Assembly: GCA_041494945.1 (NCBI GenBank)
Contig: JBGQBP010000002.1
Span: 1 to 47,954, forward strand
DNA length: 47,954 nucleotides
Reading direction: 5' to 3'
Source of the DNA: Candidatus Binatia bacterium
Lineage (GTDB): Bacteria; Desulfobacterota; Binatia; UBA9968
Numbering within the stretch: position 1 is the stretch's first letter; every line of letters begins with the position of its first letter. Below are positions 18,431 to 26,407 of the stretch, one piece after another. Made by a program: the position numbers and the translations under genes. Under the pieces are notes generated by a model. The model was given only the letters and a program-made list of their open reading frames with translations, was not told the DNA's origin and searched no databases.

Positions 18431-19201
18431 ATGGGAATTTTGGATGGGAAACGGGGCGTGATCTTCGGCGTGGCCAACGAGCGCAGCATCGCCTGGGCGA
18501 TCTCCGAGGCGCTTCACGCCGAGGGGGCGGAGTTGGCATTTACGTATGCGGGAGAAATTCTCGAGAAGCGCGTCCGGCCGCTGGCGGAAGGAATCGGCGC
18601 GAAGATCATCCTGCCGTGCGATGTGACCAAAGACGACGAGATCGAGCGGGTCTTCGCAACATTGAAGCAGGAGTGGGGCGGTCTCGATATCCTCGTCCAC
18701 GCCATCGCCTATGCCAACAGGGAGGATCTTGCCAACCCTTACGTGCAAACGAGCCGCGCGGGATTTCACCTGGCGCTCGACGTGAGCAGCTATTCGTTGG
18801 TCGCTTTGACGCGCCACGCGGCGCCGTTGATGGAAGGCCGCAAAGGTTCGATCCTGACGATGACTTATTTGGGAGCGGAGAAAGTCATTCCCAATTACAA
18901 CGTCATGGGCGTGGCCAAGGCGGCGCTCGAAGCGAGCGTGAGATATCTGGCCTACGATCTCGGGCCGAAGGGCATTCGGGTGAACGCGATCTCCGCCGGA
19001 CCGATCAAGACACTCGCCGCGGCGGGCATCGCCGGCTTCAAAGACATGCTGCACTACGCCGCGGAGCGCGCGCCGCTCAAGCGGAACATCGACGCCGAGG
19101 AGGTTGGGCGCACGGCGCTCTACCTCGCGAGCGATCTGTCCAGCGCCGTCACCGGCGAAGTTGTCCACGTCGACGCGGGATATAATATAGTGGGAATGTA
19201 G
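18431..19201 (+). CDS. fabI: Enoyl-ACP reductase (NADH)
   Basis: [43 protein letters not shown]. Confidence 0.97.
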   Translation: MGILDGKRGVIFGVANERSIAWAISEALHAEGAELAFTYAGEILEKRVRPLAEGIGAKIILPCDVTKDDEIERVFATLKQEWGGLDILVHAIAYANREDLANPYVQTSRAGFHLALDVSSYSLVALTRHAAPLMEGRKGSILTMTYLGAEKVIPNYNVMGVAKAALEASVRYLAYDLGPKGIRVNAISAGPIKTLAAAGIAGFKDMLHYAAERAPLKRNIDAEEVGRTALYLASDLSSAVTGEVVHVDAGYNIVGM

Positions 19202-19209
19202 CATTAAAG

Positions 19210-19306
19210 GCAAAACGCAGATTGCAAATTTCAAAATGCAAAAGTTTCCGGATTTGAGTCTTCAGAGATTTTGACTTTTACACTTTGCAGTTTTCATTTT
19301 GCAATT
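19210..19306. repeat. AT-rich heptamer-based imperfect inverted repeat element, copy 1
   Basis: The left arm GCAAAAC-GCAGATT-GCAAATT-TCAAAAT-GCAAAA and the right arm ...TTTGCAGTTTTCATTTTGCAATT are roughly complementary. A related element lies at 41697-41785. Confidence 0.75.
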
Positions 19307-19331
19307 CGCCGAAGGCGAAGGGAGTTTAACA

Positions 19332-19772
19332 ATGGCCATCAAGCAGATTTTGGTTCAAGAGGCGCATGGCCTGCTCGAAAAAGATCCCGACAGCATTTAC
19401 ATCGACGTGCGCACGGTGCGCGAATTTACCGCCGGACATCCGGCGAAGGCCGTGAACATTCCCGTCGCTTTTCCCGATCCGGGCCGGGGGATGATGCTAA
19501 ACGAGGACTTCGTCAAGGTCGTCGAGGGCCATTTTCCTAAAGACAAAAAAATCCTCGTCGGTTGTCAGGCCGGTCCGCGCGCCGATGCGGCTGCACGGCT
19601 GTTGCAAGAAGCCGGCTATCAGGATGTCTCCAGCGTACAGGGGGGCTTCGGCGGCATGCGCGATCAATCCGGGCAGATCGTCGCGCCGGGGTGGGCGAGC
19701 CTCGGTTTTCCCGTCAGCCAGGACAACGGCGAAGGCGTGAGCTACGAGTCGCTGGCGGCGAAAATAAAATAA
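19332..19772 (+). CDS. Rhodanese-like sulfurtransferase domain protein
   Basis: IDVRTVREFTAGH, active-site loop CQAGPRA, GGF. Start moved to ATG 19332 (GGAG RBS). Confidence 0.92.
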   Translation: MAIKQILVQEAHGLLEKDPDSIYIDVRTVREFTAGHPAKAVNIPVAFPDPGRGMMLNEDFVKVVEGHFPKDKKILVGCQAGPRADAAARLLQEAGYQDVSSVQGGFGGMRDQSGQIVAPGWASLGFPVSQDNGEGVSYESLAAKIK

Positions 19773-19778
19773 AAAATT

Positions 19779-19841
19779 TGTAAGGGCAACCCTGTGTAGT
19801 CGCCCAAAAAAGAAGGGCAGGCACATAGGCCTGCCCCTACA
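19779..19841. repeat. Inverted pair of GTAG-type REP elements (REPIN/BIME-like)
   Basis: TGTAAGGGCAACCCTGTGTAGTCGCCC (19779-19805) faces the reverse complement of TGTAGGGGCAGGCCTATGTGCCTGCCC (19815-19841). Confidence 0.75.
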
Positions 19842-19862
19842 AAGAAAATCCGGCCTTAAGAA

Positions 19863-19911
19863 CCCTCACCCTCGCCCTCTCCCGCAAGACGGGAGAGGGC
19901 GAGGGTGAGGG
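19863..19911. repeat. Perfect 22-bp hairpin (CCCTCACCC/CCCTCTCCC-type palindrome), possible bidirectional terminator
   Basis: CCCTCACCCTCGCCCTCTCCCG-CAAGA-CGGGAGAGGGCGAGGGTGAGGG between convergent genes. Confidence 0.85.
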
Positions 19912-19917
19912 AACCTG

Positions 19918-20967
19918 CTACGGTTTTCCCACGAACTTATTCGTCCAGAGAACTCCCTCTTCCGCCGACGGCGTTTTCGACGGGTCTTTGATGATTCCGG
20001 AGCCGGCGGCGAAGTTGATCACCTTCTGCCATCCTTTTGAGTTCATGTCGCCCCAAGCCGGCATAGCATTGGCGACCATCGCGTAGGACAGCTCGAACAC
20101 TGCGTTGTCGAGCTTGTCCGGCGTGAACAGTCGATGGCTGCGCAGCGCCGCTTTTGCGGCCTCAGACTTCGTGCGGAAAAGAGCGCCGCCACGGGAGATC
20201 GCGCGTGCGACGGCCGTGGCGATTTTCGGATTGGCCTCGACGTAATCCGGACGGACCATCAGAACTTCATAGTGATAATCGGTCAGTTCCGGCACTTCGC
20301 CTTTGCCGAGCGGGATCAGAACGTAGCCTTTGCCGCTCGGCTCGGTGACCTCGGCCGAAGGAGGCGAGAGCGCGTAGGCGTCGATCACGTTGTTCATGAG
20401 CGCCGCCGGAAGCTCTGGCGCTCCGATGTAAACGAACTTGAGTATCGACGGAATCCCGCCGGCTTTTTTCACCAGGAATTTAAAGATCTGCTCCGAGGCC
20501 GCCCCCGGGCCGGTCGCGCCGATCGTGCCCAATTGCGTCAGCGCTTGGAGCCGCGCGTCGATCGGGCTTTCACGCGTGAGGCCGAGCTTATCGACGATCG
20601 GTTTGCGCAGCACGACGCTCAACGTCATCGCCCGGTTGTGCGCCTGAATCGCCATCGCCGGCGCCCCTTCGACTCGGGCCAACACGAGCCCTTCGGAAGT
20701 GGAGGCGCAGAAATTCGACGAGCGGCCGACCACCGCGTTCAAACAGACCGAGCCGCTCGGCGCCGGCGTGATCTTGACCCGCACGCCTTCGGCTTCGAAA
20801 TATTTAAGCTGCTCGGCGACCCAGATCGCGCCGAACGCAAAGTTGGGCACTGCGATCATGATGCTGACTTCGGGCATTTCTTTCTGCTGCGCGCGGGCCT
20901 CTAACCCGCTACCGAACAAAAAGGCCAGCACCGCAATGAGTGCAATCGAAAATCTCCGGCTTTTCAT
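19918..20967 (-). CDS. NitT/TauT (SsuA/NMT1-like) ABC solute-binding protein
   Basis: Signal peptide, KYFEAEGV, IGATGPG. Start moved to MKSRRF (GAGGAGG RBS). In an operon with TauB/TauC-like genes. Confidence 0.88.
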   Translation of the reverse strand: MKSRRFSIALIAVLAFLFGSGLEARAQQKEMPEVSIMIAVPNFAFGAIWVAEQLKYFEAEGVRVKITPAPSGSVCLNAVVGRSSNFCASTSEGLVLARVEGAPAMAIQAHNRAMTLSVVLRKPIVDKLGLTRESPIDARLQALTQLGTIGATGPGAASEQIFKFLVKKAGGIPSILKFVYIGAPELPAALMNNVIDAYALSPPSAEVTEPSGKGYVLIPLGKGEVPELTDYHYEVLMVRPDYVEANPKIATAVARAISRGGALFRTKSEAAKAALRSHRLFTPDKLDNAVFELSYAMVANAMPAWGDMNSKGWQKVINFAAGSGIIKDPSKTPSAEEGVLWTNKFVGKP

Positions 20968-20982
20968 GTGAGACCTCCTCAT

Positions 20983-21837
20983 CTAACCTTGAATCGTTAC
21001 ATGTTCGCTGTGGGCCTGCCATTGAAGCGCTCTTCTTTCGACCAACTCGGCGACCTTGTCCATGGCGATGACCATTAGCATGAGAACGATGATGCCGACA
21101 AACACATCGGCGGTTCTGAAAAGTCCGGCTGCTTGCCGAATGAAAAAGCCGACCCCTTCGGTCGCCGCGACGAATTCTCCGACGATCGCGCCGATCACGG
21201 AGAAAGGAATGCTCGTTCTGATCCCAGTGAACATGTAGGGCGAGATCGCGGGCAGAATGACTTTGAAAGTGAGCTTCCACCGGCCGGCCCCCATGAGTCG
21301 CGCCAAGTCGATATATTCCTGGTCCATCTGTCGCATGCCGGCATAGGTGTTGAAGAAGTTCAGAAAGAAAGTGAGCAGAAAGACGACGCCGACCTTGGAC
21401 CAGATGCCGATGCCGAGCCAGACAATGAAGAGCGGCGCGAGGGCCGTCCGCGGAATGCCGTTCAAGCCGATGATGATCGGCTCGAAGATCTCCGCCAACA
21501 GTCGGCTACGGCCGAAGGCGTATCCGAGCGCGATCCCGAGGATTACGCCCACGGGAAATCCGATGGCGATTTCTTGAAACGTGACCCAGGTGTGCTGGAT
21601 CAAATCGCCGGAGCGGAAGCCTGCGATCATCGACGTCAAGATGCGGCTCGGGCTGCTGATGAGAAAGGGCTCGATCCAATTTCCCGAAGCGATCTCCCAC
21701 AATAGGAAAAACCCGCCGATGATGCCGATGCGGAGAAAGGTCACCCATAGCCGCCGGCTCCAAAGAAAACTGCTTGCGTGCGCGGCCGTGTTTGCGGTAA
21801 CGGTCGGACTCTGCTCTTGGCTCATGTCGCGTCCCAT
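20983..21837 (-). CDS. NitT/TauT ABC permease (TauC/SsuC-like)
   Basis: IPRTALAPLFIVWLGIG, ARLMGA, GAIVGEF. Confidence 0.93.
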   Translation of the reverse strand: MGRDMSQEQSPTVTANTAAHASSFLWSRRLWVTFLRIGIIGGFFLLWEIASGNWIEPFLISSPSRILTSMIAGFRSGDLIQHTWVTFQEIAIGFPVGVILGIALGYAFGRSRLLAEIFEPIIIGLNGIPRTALAPLFIVWLGIGIWSKVGVVFLLTFFLNFFNTYAGMRQMDQEYIDLARLMGAGRWKLTFKVILPAISPYMFTGIRTSIPFSVIGAIVGEFVAATEGVGFFIRQAAGLFRTADVFVGIIVLMLMVIAMDKVAELVERRALQWQAHSEHVTIQG

Positions 21838-21847
21838 CCCACCTTCC

Positions 21848-22672
21848 TCAATCCTTGATGTTCAGCTCGTGGCGGAAAATATTCCACAACCGGCCGTAGG
21901 CCTCGTCGAAGCCTTCCTGTCGATGGATCTCGAAAATATTACGTGGCCGGGCCATCGGCACCTGAATCACGTCTTTCACGCTGGCGGGCCTGTGCGTCAT
22001 CACCACGACGCGGTCCGCGAGCGCCACGGCTTCGACCAGGTCGTGCGTGACGAAGACAATCGTCTGGCGCTTTTGCTCCCAGATCTTCAGCAATTCATCC
22101 TGAAGCACCATGCGCGTCTGCGCGTCGAGCGGGCCGAAAGGCTCGTCCATCAAAATCACCGGAGGCTCATAGGCGAGCGCGCGAATGATCGAAGCGCGCT
22201 TGCCCATCCCGCCGGAGAGCTGCGCGGGATAATACTTCTCGAATCCGGCTAGACCGGCGAGGTCGATAAAATAGCGCAGTTGCTCTTCGCGCTCTGGCCG
22301 CGAATAGCGCTTCGAATCGAGGCCGAACGCGACGTTCTCTTCCAGAGTGAGCCACGGAAAAAGCTTGCTCTCCTGCGGCACGTAGCCGACCTTGGTATTC
22401 AAGCCTTGCACTTCCGATCCCTGGTACAAAATACGCCCGCCGGATATCGGCGTCAGCCCCGCTATTAATTTCAGCAGCGTCGATTTGCCGCAGCCGCTCG
22501 GCCCTACGATCGTAATAAATTCTCCGTAAGGGATATTCAAGGTGATGTTTTCCAGCGCGACCATCGTGCCCCGGTCGGGAGTCTGGAAAGCTTTGGTGAC
22601 GTTTTCGACCTGGATGACGAAGCGGTTGGCGCCCGTCGTGCTCGCTGCGGCGCTCTGATCGGCGTGTTCCAT
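21848..22672 (-). CDS. NitT/TauT ABC ATP-binding protein (TauB/SsuB-like)
   Basis: GPSGCGKST, LFPWLT, LSGGM, LMDEPFGPLDAQTR, FVTHDLVEAV. Confidence 0.94.
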   Translation of the reverse strand: MEHADQSAAASTTGANRFVIQVENVTKAFQTPDRGTMVALENITLNIPYGEFITIVGPSGCGKSTLLKLIAGLTPISGGRILYQGSEVQGLNTKVGYVPQESKLFPWLTLEENVAFGLDSKRYSRPEREEQLRYFIDLAGLAGFEKYYPAQLSGGMGKRASIIRALAYEPPVILMDEPFGPLDAQTRMVLQDELLKIWEQKRQTIVFVTHDLVEAVALADRVVVMTHRPASVKDVIQVPMARPRNIFEIHRQEGFDEAYGRLWNIFRHELNIKD

Positions 22673-22683
22673 AAACCGGGGCG

Positions 22684-22712
22684 ATTCTCCATCATCGAAC
22701 CGGGCGTGTCAA
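22684..22712 (-). promoter_or_regulatory. Candidate sigma70 promoter of the NitT/TauT operon
   Basis: TTGACA (22712-22707), 17 nt, GAGAAT (22689-22684), with a very short leader to ATG 22672. Confidence 0.5.
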
Positions 22713-22856
22713 CCTGAAATACGGAGTTCACAGCGGTATGAGAATGGGCAAATTTTATCCATCCGATTGCCCGCCGCATACGGTCGCTTTGCTCACTCGC
22801 GCTTGATCGAGCCTATCGGATGACATATGACGGTGTTATTCAGCCGGGAGTCTATC

Positions 22857-23489
22857 ATGGCGCAAACCGAATACATAATTCCAAAAAACAGCGGCAAGAC
22901 GTTCGTCGTGAAAAAAGGCCGGATCATTCGCGTGACCGGCGAATCGACGGCGGACTTCGTGGTCTTCAATCTGCGCGACGTGCGCGAGCGCTTCGATCAG
23001 GCGCGGACGAAAGTAGACCAGGGGAAAATCTACGTCACGACCGGCGACGTGCTGATCTCGAAATACAACAACGTGATGATGACGATCGTGAAAGACACTT
23101 ACGCGGGAACCCACGACATGGAGAAGGGGATGTGCAGTACCTCCTTCTACAAGAAGTGGGGTGATAAAATCTTCGCCATCTACGGCGCGACCTGGAAAAA
23201 GCTCGGCAGAAAAAAGGTCGTTGCGCCCAAGCACGGCTGCTGGGAAAATCTCGCCAAGGCGCTGAAGCCCTACGGAGTGGCCAAAGAAGATGTACCGAGC
23301 CCGCTCAATATTTTTCAGACGATGGTGATCAACGGCAAGACCGGCAGCATGCGCTATGCGATGACGCGCCCCAAGCCGGGCGGCGATCGCATGGATCTCC
23401 GCGCCGAGATGGATTGTCTCGTCGGTATCAGCGCGTGCCCCGAGGGCGGCAGAGGCAAGCCGCTGCGCATTGCTATTTTTGAAAAGTAG
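22857..23489 (+). CDS. DUF1989 / urea-carboxylase-associated family protein (CgdA/B-like fold)
   Basis: ADFVVFN, GDVLIS, HDMEKGMC, HGCWENL, PLNIFQ, LRAEMDCLVGISACP. Start moved to ATG 22857 (GGGAG RBS). Confidence 0.88.
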   Translation: MAQTEYIIPKNSGKTFVVKKGRIIRVTGESTADFVVFNLRDVRERFDQARTKVDQGKIYVTTGDVLISKYNNVMMTIVKDTYAGTHDMEKGMCSTSFYKKWGDKIFAIYGATWKKLGRKKVVAPKHGCWENLAKALKPYGVAKEDVPSPLNIFQTMVINGKTGSMRYAMTRPKPGGDRMDLRAEMDCLVGISACPEGGRGKPLRIAIFEK

Positions 23490-23505
23490 CATCTAAGGAG
23501 GCGTT

Positions 23506-24861
23506 ATGTTCGAAGACCTCCGCGGTTATCTTTCCCACCTCGAAGAACAAGGGCAACTCCTTCGCGTCAAGGAAGAAGTCGATGTGAAATTCAACATTGC
23601 CGCCGGCATCCGCAAGACTTCGGACGTCGAAGGTCCCGCGCTGCTGTTCGAAAACGTCAAAGGATTTCCCGGTTGGCGCGTCTTGGGCGGTTTGTTCGCG
23701 ACCCGAAAGCTGGTGGCGTTGGGCCTGGGCGTACCGCAAGACCAAATGCTGGAGCGCTACCTGACCTTGGAAGACAAGCGCATCCCGCCGGAAACGGTCT
23801 CCAGCGGGCCGGTCAAAGAAATCAAGTGGACCGGCGCCCAGGTCGACCTGAGCAAATTACCTATCGTCACTCACGCGAGCAAAGATTGCGGCCCGTACGT
23901 CACGATCGGCGTCCAAGTCGGCAAAGATCCGGAGACGCATATTCGTAATCTGTCGATCCACCGCATGCTCGTCCTGGGGAAAGACAAATTGTCGCTCTGG
24001 GCGCCGGCGGATCATCATCTGGGCAGAATGATTTTAAAGGCCGAGGAGAAAAATCGCGGGTTGGAAGTCGCGACGGCGATCGGCGTCGAGCCGGCGCTCG
24101 TCATCGGCTCACAGGCCAAGGTGCCGTACGGCATCGACGAGTACCACGTAGCCGGCGGGCTGCGCGGCGCGGCAGTGAAACTCATCAAATGCGAGACGAT
24201 CGACGTCGAAGTGCCGGCTTCCGCCGAAATCGTCATCGAAGGCGTGACGATTCCCGGCGAGCGCGTCGCCGACGGGCCGTACGGCGAGTATCCCGGCTGT
24301 TACAGCGAGGCCAAGCAGGCGCCGGTGCTGAAAGTCACCGCGATCACGATGAGAAAAAATCCGATCTACCAAACGGCGCTGACCGGCATGCCGGTGACGG
24401 AGAACCACACGCTGATCGAATACGGGAATGCCGCCGTGGTGTATCGCGAAGTGAAAAAGATCGTGCCGGAAGTGCGCGCCGTCAATATGACTCCCGGCGG
24501 CACGTTCCGCCACCACGTCGTGGTATCGATAAAAAAGCGCGCGGAGAACGAAGGGCGCAATGTGATTTTGGCGCTGCTTTCGATGGGGATCGGTCTCAAG
24601 CAAGTGATCGTCGTCGACCACGACATCGACCCTTTCGATCCGATGCAGGTGGAGTGGGCGATGGCCACGCGCTTTCAGGCGGACAAGGACGCCATCATCG
24701 TTCCGCGGATCGCCTGTTCCACCCTCGACCCTTCTTGTCCGGAGAATCGCGTCACCGCCGGGTTAGGAATCGACGCCACCGCGCCGATGAAAGAGCACTG
24801 GCGCTTTGAGAAAGTGGAAATCCCCGGCGTCGACAAAGTGAAGTATCTCAAGGATAAATGA
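23506..24861 (+). CDS. UbiD-family (de)carboxylase
   Basis: DLRGYL, ALLFENVKG, NLSIHR, EIVIEG, DGPYGEYPGCY, VVDHDIDP, WAMATRFQ, GIDAT; AAGGAGG RBS. Confidence 0.93.
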   Translation: MFEDLRGYLSHLEEQGQLLRVKEEVDVKFNIAAGIRKTSDVEGPALLFENVKGFPGWRVLGGLFATRKLVALGLGVPQDQMLERYLTLEDKRIPPETVSSGPVKEIKWTGAQVDLSKLPIVTHASKDCGPYVTIGVQVGKDPETHIRNLSIHRMLVLGKDKLSLWAPADHHLGRMILKAEEKNRGLEVATAIGVEPALVIGSQAKVPYGIDEYHVAGGLRGAAVKLIKCETIDVEVPASAEIVIEGVTIPGERVADGPYGEYPGCYSEAKQAPVLKVTAITMRKNPIYQTALTGMPVTENHTLIEYGNAAVVYREVKKIVPEVRAVNMTPGGTFRHHVVVSIKKRAENEGRNVILALLSMGIGLKQVIVVDHDIDPFDPMQVEWAMATRFQADKDAIIVPRIACSTLDPSCPENRVTAGLGIDATAPMKEHWRFEKVEIPGVDKVKYLKDK

Positions 24862-25748
24862 GAAACTTCGAATACCTCGAGCCGGCCACGATCGCCGAAG
24901 CCTGCGCGTTGCTCAAACAATATGCAGGGGAAGCGCGGCCCTACGCGGGCGGCGCCTATCTCAGCATCGTGATGAAGCAAGGGCTGCTCCAGCCCAAAGC
25001 CCTCGTCAACATCAAAAAAATCGGCGCGCTTAAAGGAATTCGCTTCGATTCCAACGCCGGGCTCACCATCGGCGCGCTTACGACGCACCGCGAGCTCGAG
25101 ACCTCAAAGCTTGCGCGAGAGAAATTTCCGATACTCCACGAAGTCGAGCGCGAAGTCGCCAACATCCGCGTGCGCAACGTCGGCACCATCGGTGGCAATC
25201 TCGCCTCGGGCGAGCCGCTCACCGATCTCGCGCAGGTTTTTATTGCGCTCGACGCGCGCGTCGGAATCGCCGGTCCGTCCGGAAGCCGAACGATTTCAGT
25301 GGAGAAACTTTTTCTCGATTTCTATCAAACGAGCCTCGCCGAGGACGAGATTTTGACTCATGTAGCCGTTCCTCCGCTTCCCGCCCGTTCGGGCATCGAA
25401 TACATCCGATTCTCAAGCAGCTCCGTGGTGGACAAGCCCTGCGTGGGCGTTTGCGTGCGTGTCTCGCTCGGAGCCGACAAAAAATCTTGCGAGATTGTAC
25501 GGATCACCCTCGGCTGCGTGGCGTCAACGCCGATGCGGGCACACAGAGCTGAGAAGTTTCTCGCCGGAAAAACGTTTTCGCCGGAGTTGGTTGAGCAAGC
25601 CGCTACGGCAGCGGCGGAGGAATGCAGCCCGCTCTCCGATCTCCGCGGCTCGGAGAAGTTCAAGCGCGGAATCGTCCGCGTGCTCGTCCGGCGCGCGTAC
25701 GAGCGCGCATACGAGCGCGCGGCGCATGCTTCGACAGGCTCAGCATGA
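24858..25748 (+). CDS. Molybdenum hydroxylase FAD-binding (medium) subunit, CoxM/XdhB-like
   Basis: FEYLEP, AGG, IGALTT, RVRNVGTIGGNL, SDLRGS. ATGA overlap with the UbiD stop. Confidence 0.93.
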   Translation: MRNFEYLEPATIAEACALLKQYAGEARPYAGGAYLSIVMKQGLLQPKALVNIKKIGALKGIRFDSNAGLTIGALTTHRELETSKLAREKFPILHEVEREVANIRVRNVGTIGGNLASGEPLTDLAQVFIALDARVGIAGPSGSRTISVEKLFLDFYQTSLAEDEILTHVAVPPLPARSGIEYIRFSSSSVVDKPCVGVCVRVSLGADKKSCEIVRITLGCVASTPMRAHRAEKFLAGKTFSPELVEQAATAAAEECSPLSDLRGSEKFKRGIVRVLVRRAYERAYERAAHASTGSA

Positions 25749-25799
25749 ACGGAAAATATTGATATCCTATCTGTTCCGTTCGTCCTGAGCTCGTCGAAG
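25729..25799. repeat. Palindromic element CTTCGACAGGCTCAG...CTGAGCTCGTCGAAG
   Basis: 25-bp imperfect arms at 25729-25753 and 25775-25799. The left arm contains the stop codon of the FAD subunit. Confidence 0.85.
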
Positions 25800-25827
25800 G
25801 GTGAACGGAACAGTTAATCGAAAACTC

Positions 25828-26289
25828 ATGAAAAAGCAGATTCATCTGCGCGTCAACGGCATGGAGAGAACCCTCGAGGTCGAGCCGCGCGCGACTCTGC
25901 TCGACGCCGTGCGCGATCAGTTGGGCCTCACCGCCGCCAAGCTCGGCTGCGACATCCAGGTTTGCGGCGCCTGCACGTTGCTCGTCGACGGAAAACCGAT
26001 CAGCGCCTGCTCGTTCCTAGCCGTCGACGCCGACGGCCGCGAGATTCTAACCGCCGAAGGGCTTAGCGACGGAGATCGATTGCACCCGCTTCAAGAAGCG
26101 TTCATGGATCTCGGCGCGCTCCAGTGTGGTTACTGCACGTCTGGATTTTTGCTGACCGCCAAGGCGCTGCTTGACGAAAATCCAAATCCCAGTGAAGAGG
26201 AGATCCGTGATTATCTTGCAGGTAATTTTTGCCGCTGCGGCTGCTATCAAGAGATTATGGAAGCGGTAAAAAAAGCGGCGGAACTTTAG
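25828..26289 (+). CDS. Molybdenum hydroxylase 2x[2Fe-2S] (small) subunit, CoxS-like
   Basis: CDIQVCGAC...C and QCGYC...CRC. Start moved to MKKQIHL. Confidence 0.95.
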   Translation: MKKQIHLRVNGMERTLEVEPRATLLDAVRDQLGLTAAKLGCDIQVCGACTLLVDGKPISACSFLAVDADGREILTAEGLSDGDRLHPLQEAFMDLGALQCGYCTSGFLLTAKALLDENPNPSEEEIRDYLAGNFCRCGCYQEIMEAVKKAAEL

Positions 26290-26315
26290 CCGTGTCCTGA
26301 AGAAAATTGTATTTT

Positions 26316-26396
26316 GTCATTCTTGAGGAGCCGAAGGCGACGAAGAATCTCGCATTGAGAGGAGTCGGAGAGATCCTTCGCTTTGCTCAGGATGAC
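26316..26396. repeat. Palindromic element GTCATTC..GAG..CGAAGAATCT...AGATCCTTCG..CTCAGGATGAC
   Basis: Imperfect inverted repeat with GTCAT/ATGAC termini and CGAAGAATCTC/GAGATCCTTCG inner arms, intergenic between the small and large subunit genes. Confidence 0.8.
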
Positions 26397-26407
26397 GCAT
26401 AAGCGAG

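Noticed and set aside
22673-22856. Guanidine riboswitch upstream of DUF1989
   Set aside because: I see no ykkC core (CUAGGGUUCCG...), no twin ACGR-loop hairpins and no guanidine-III motif. An Infernal search would settle it.
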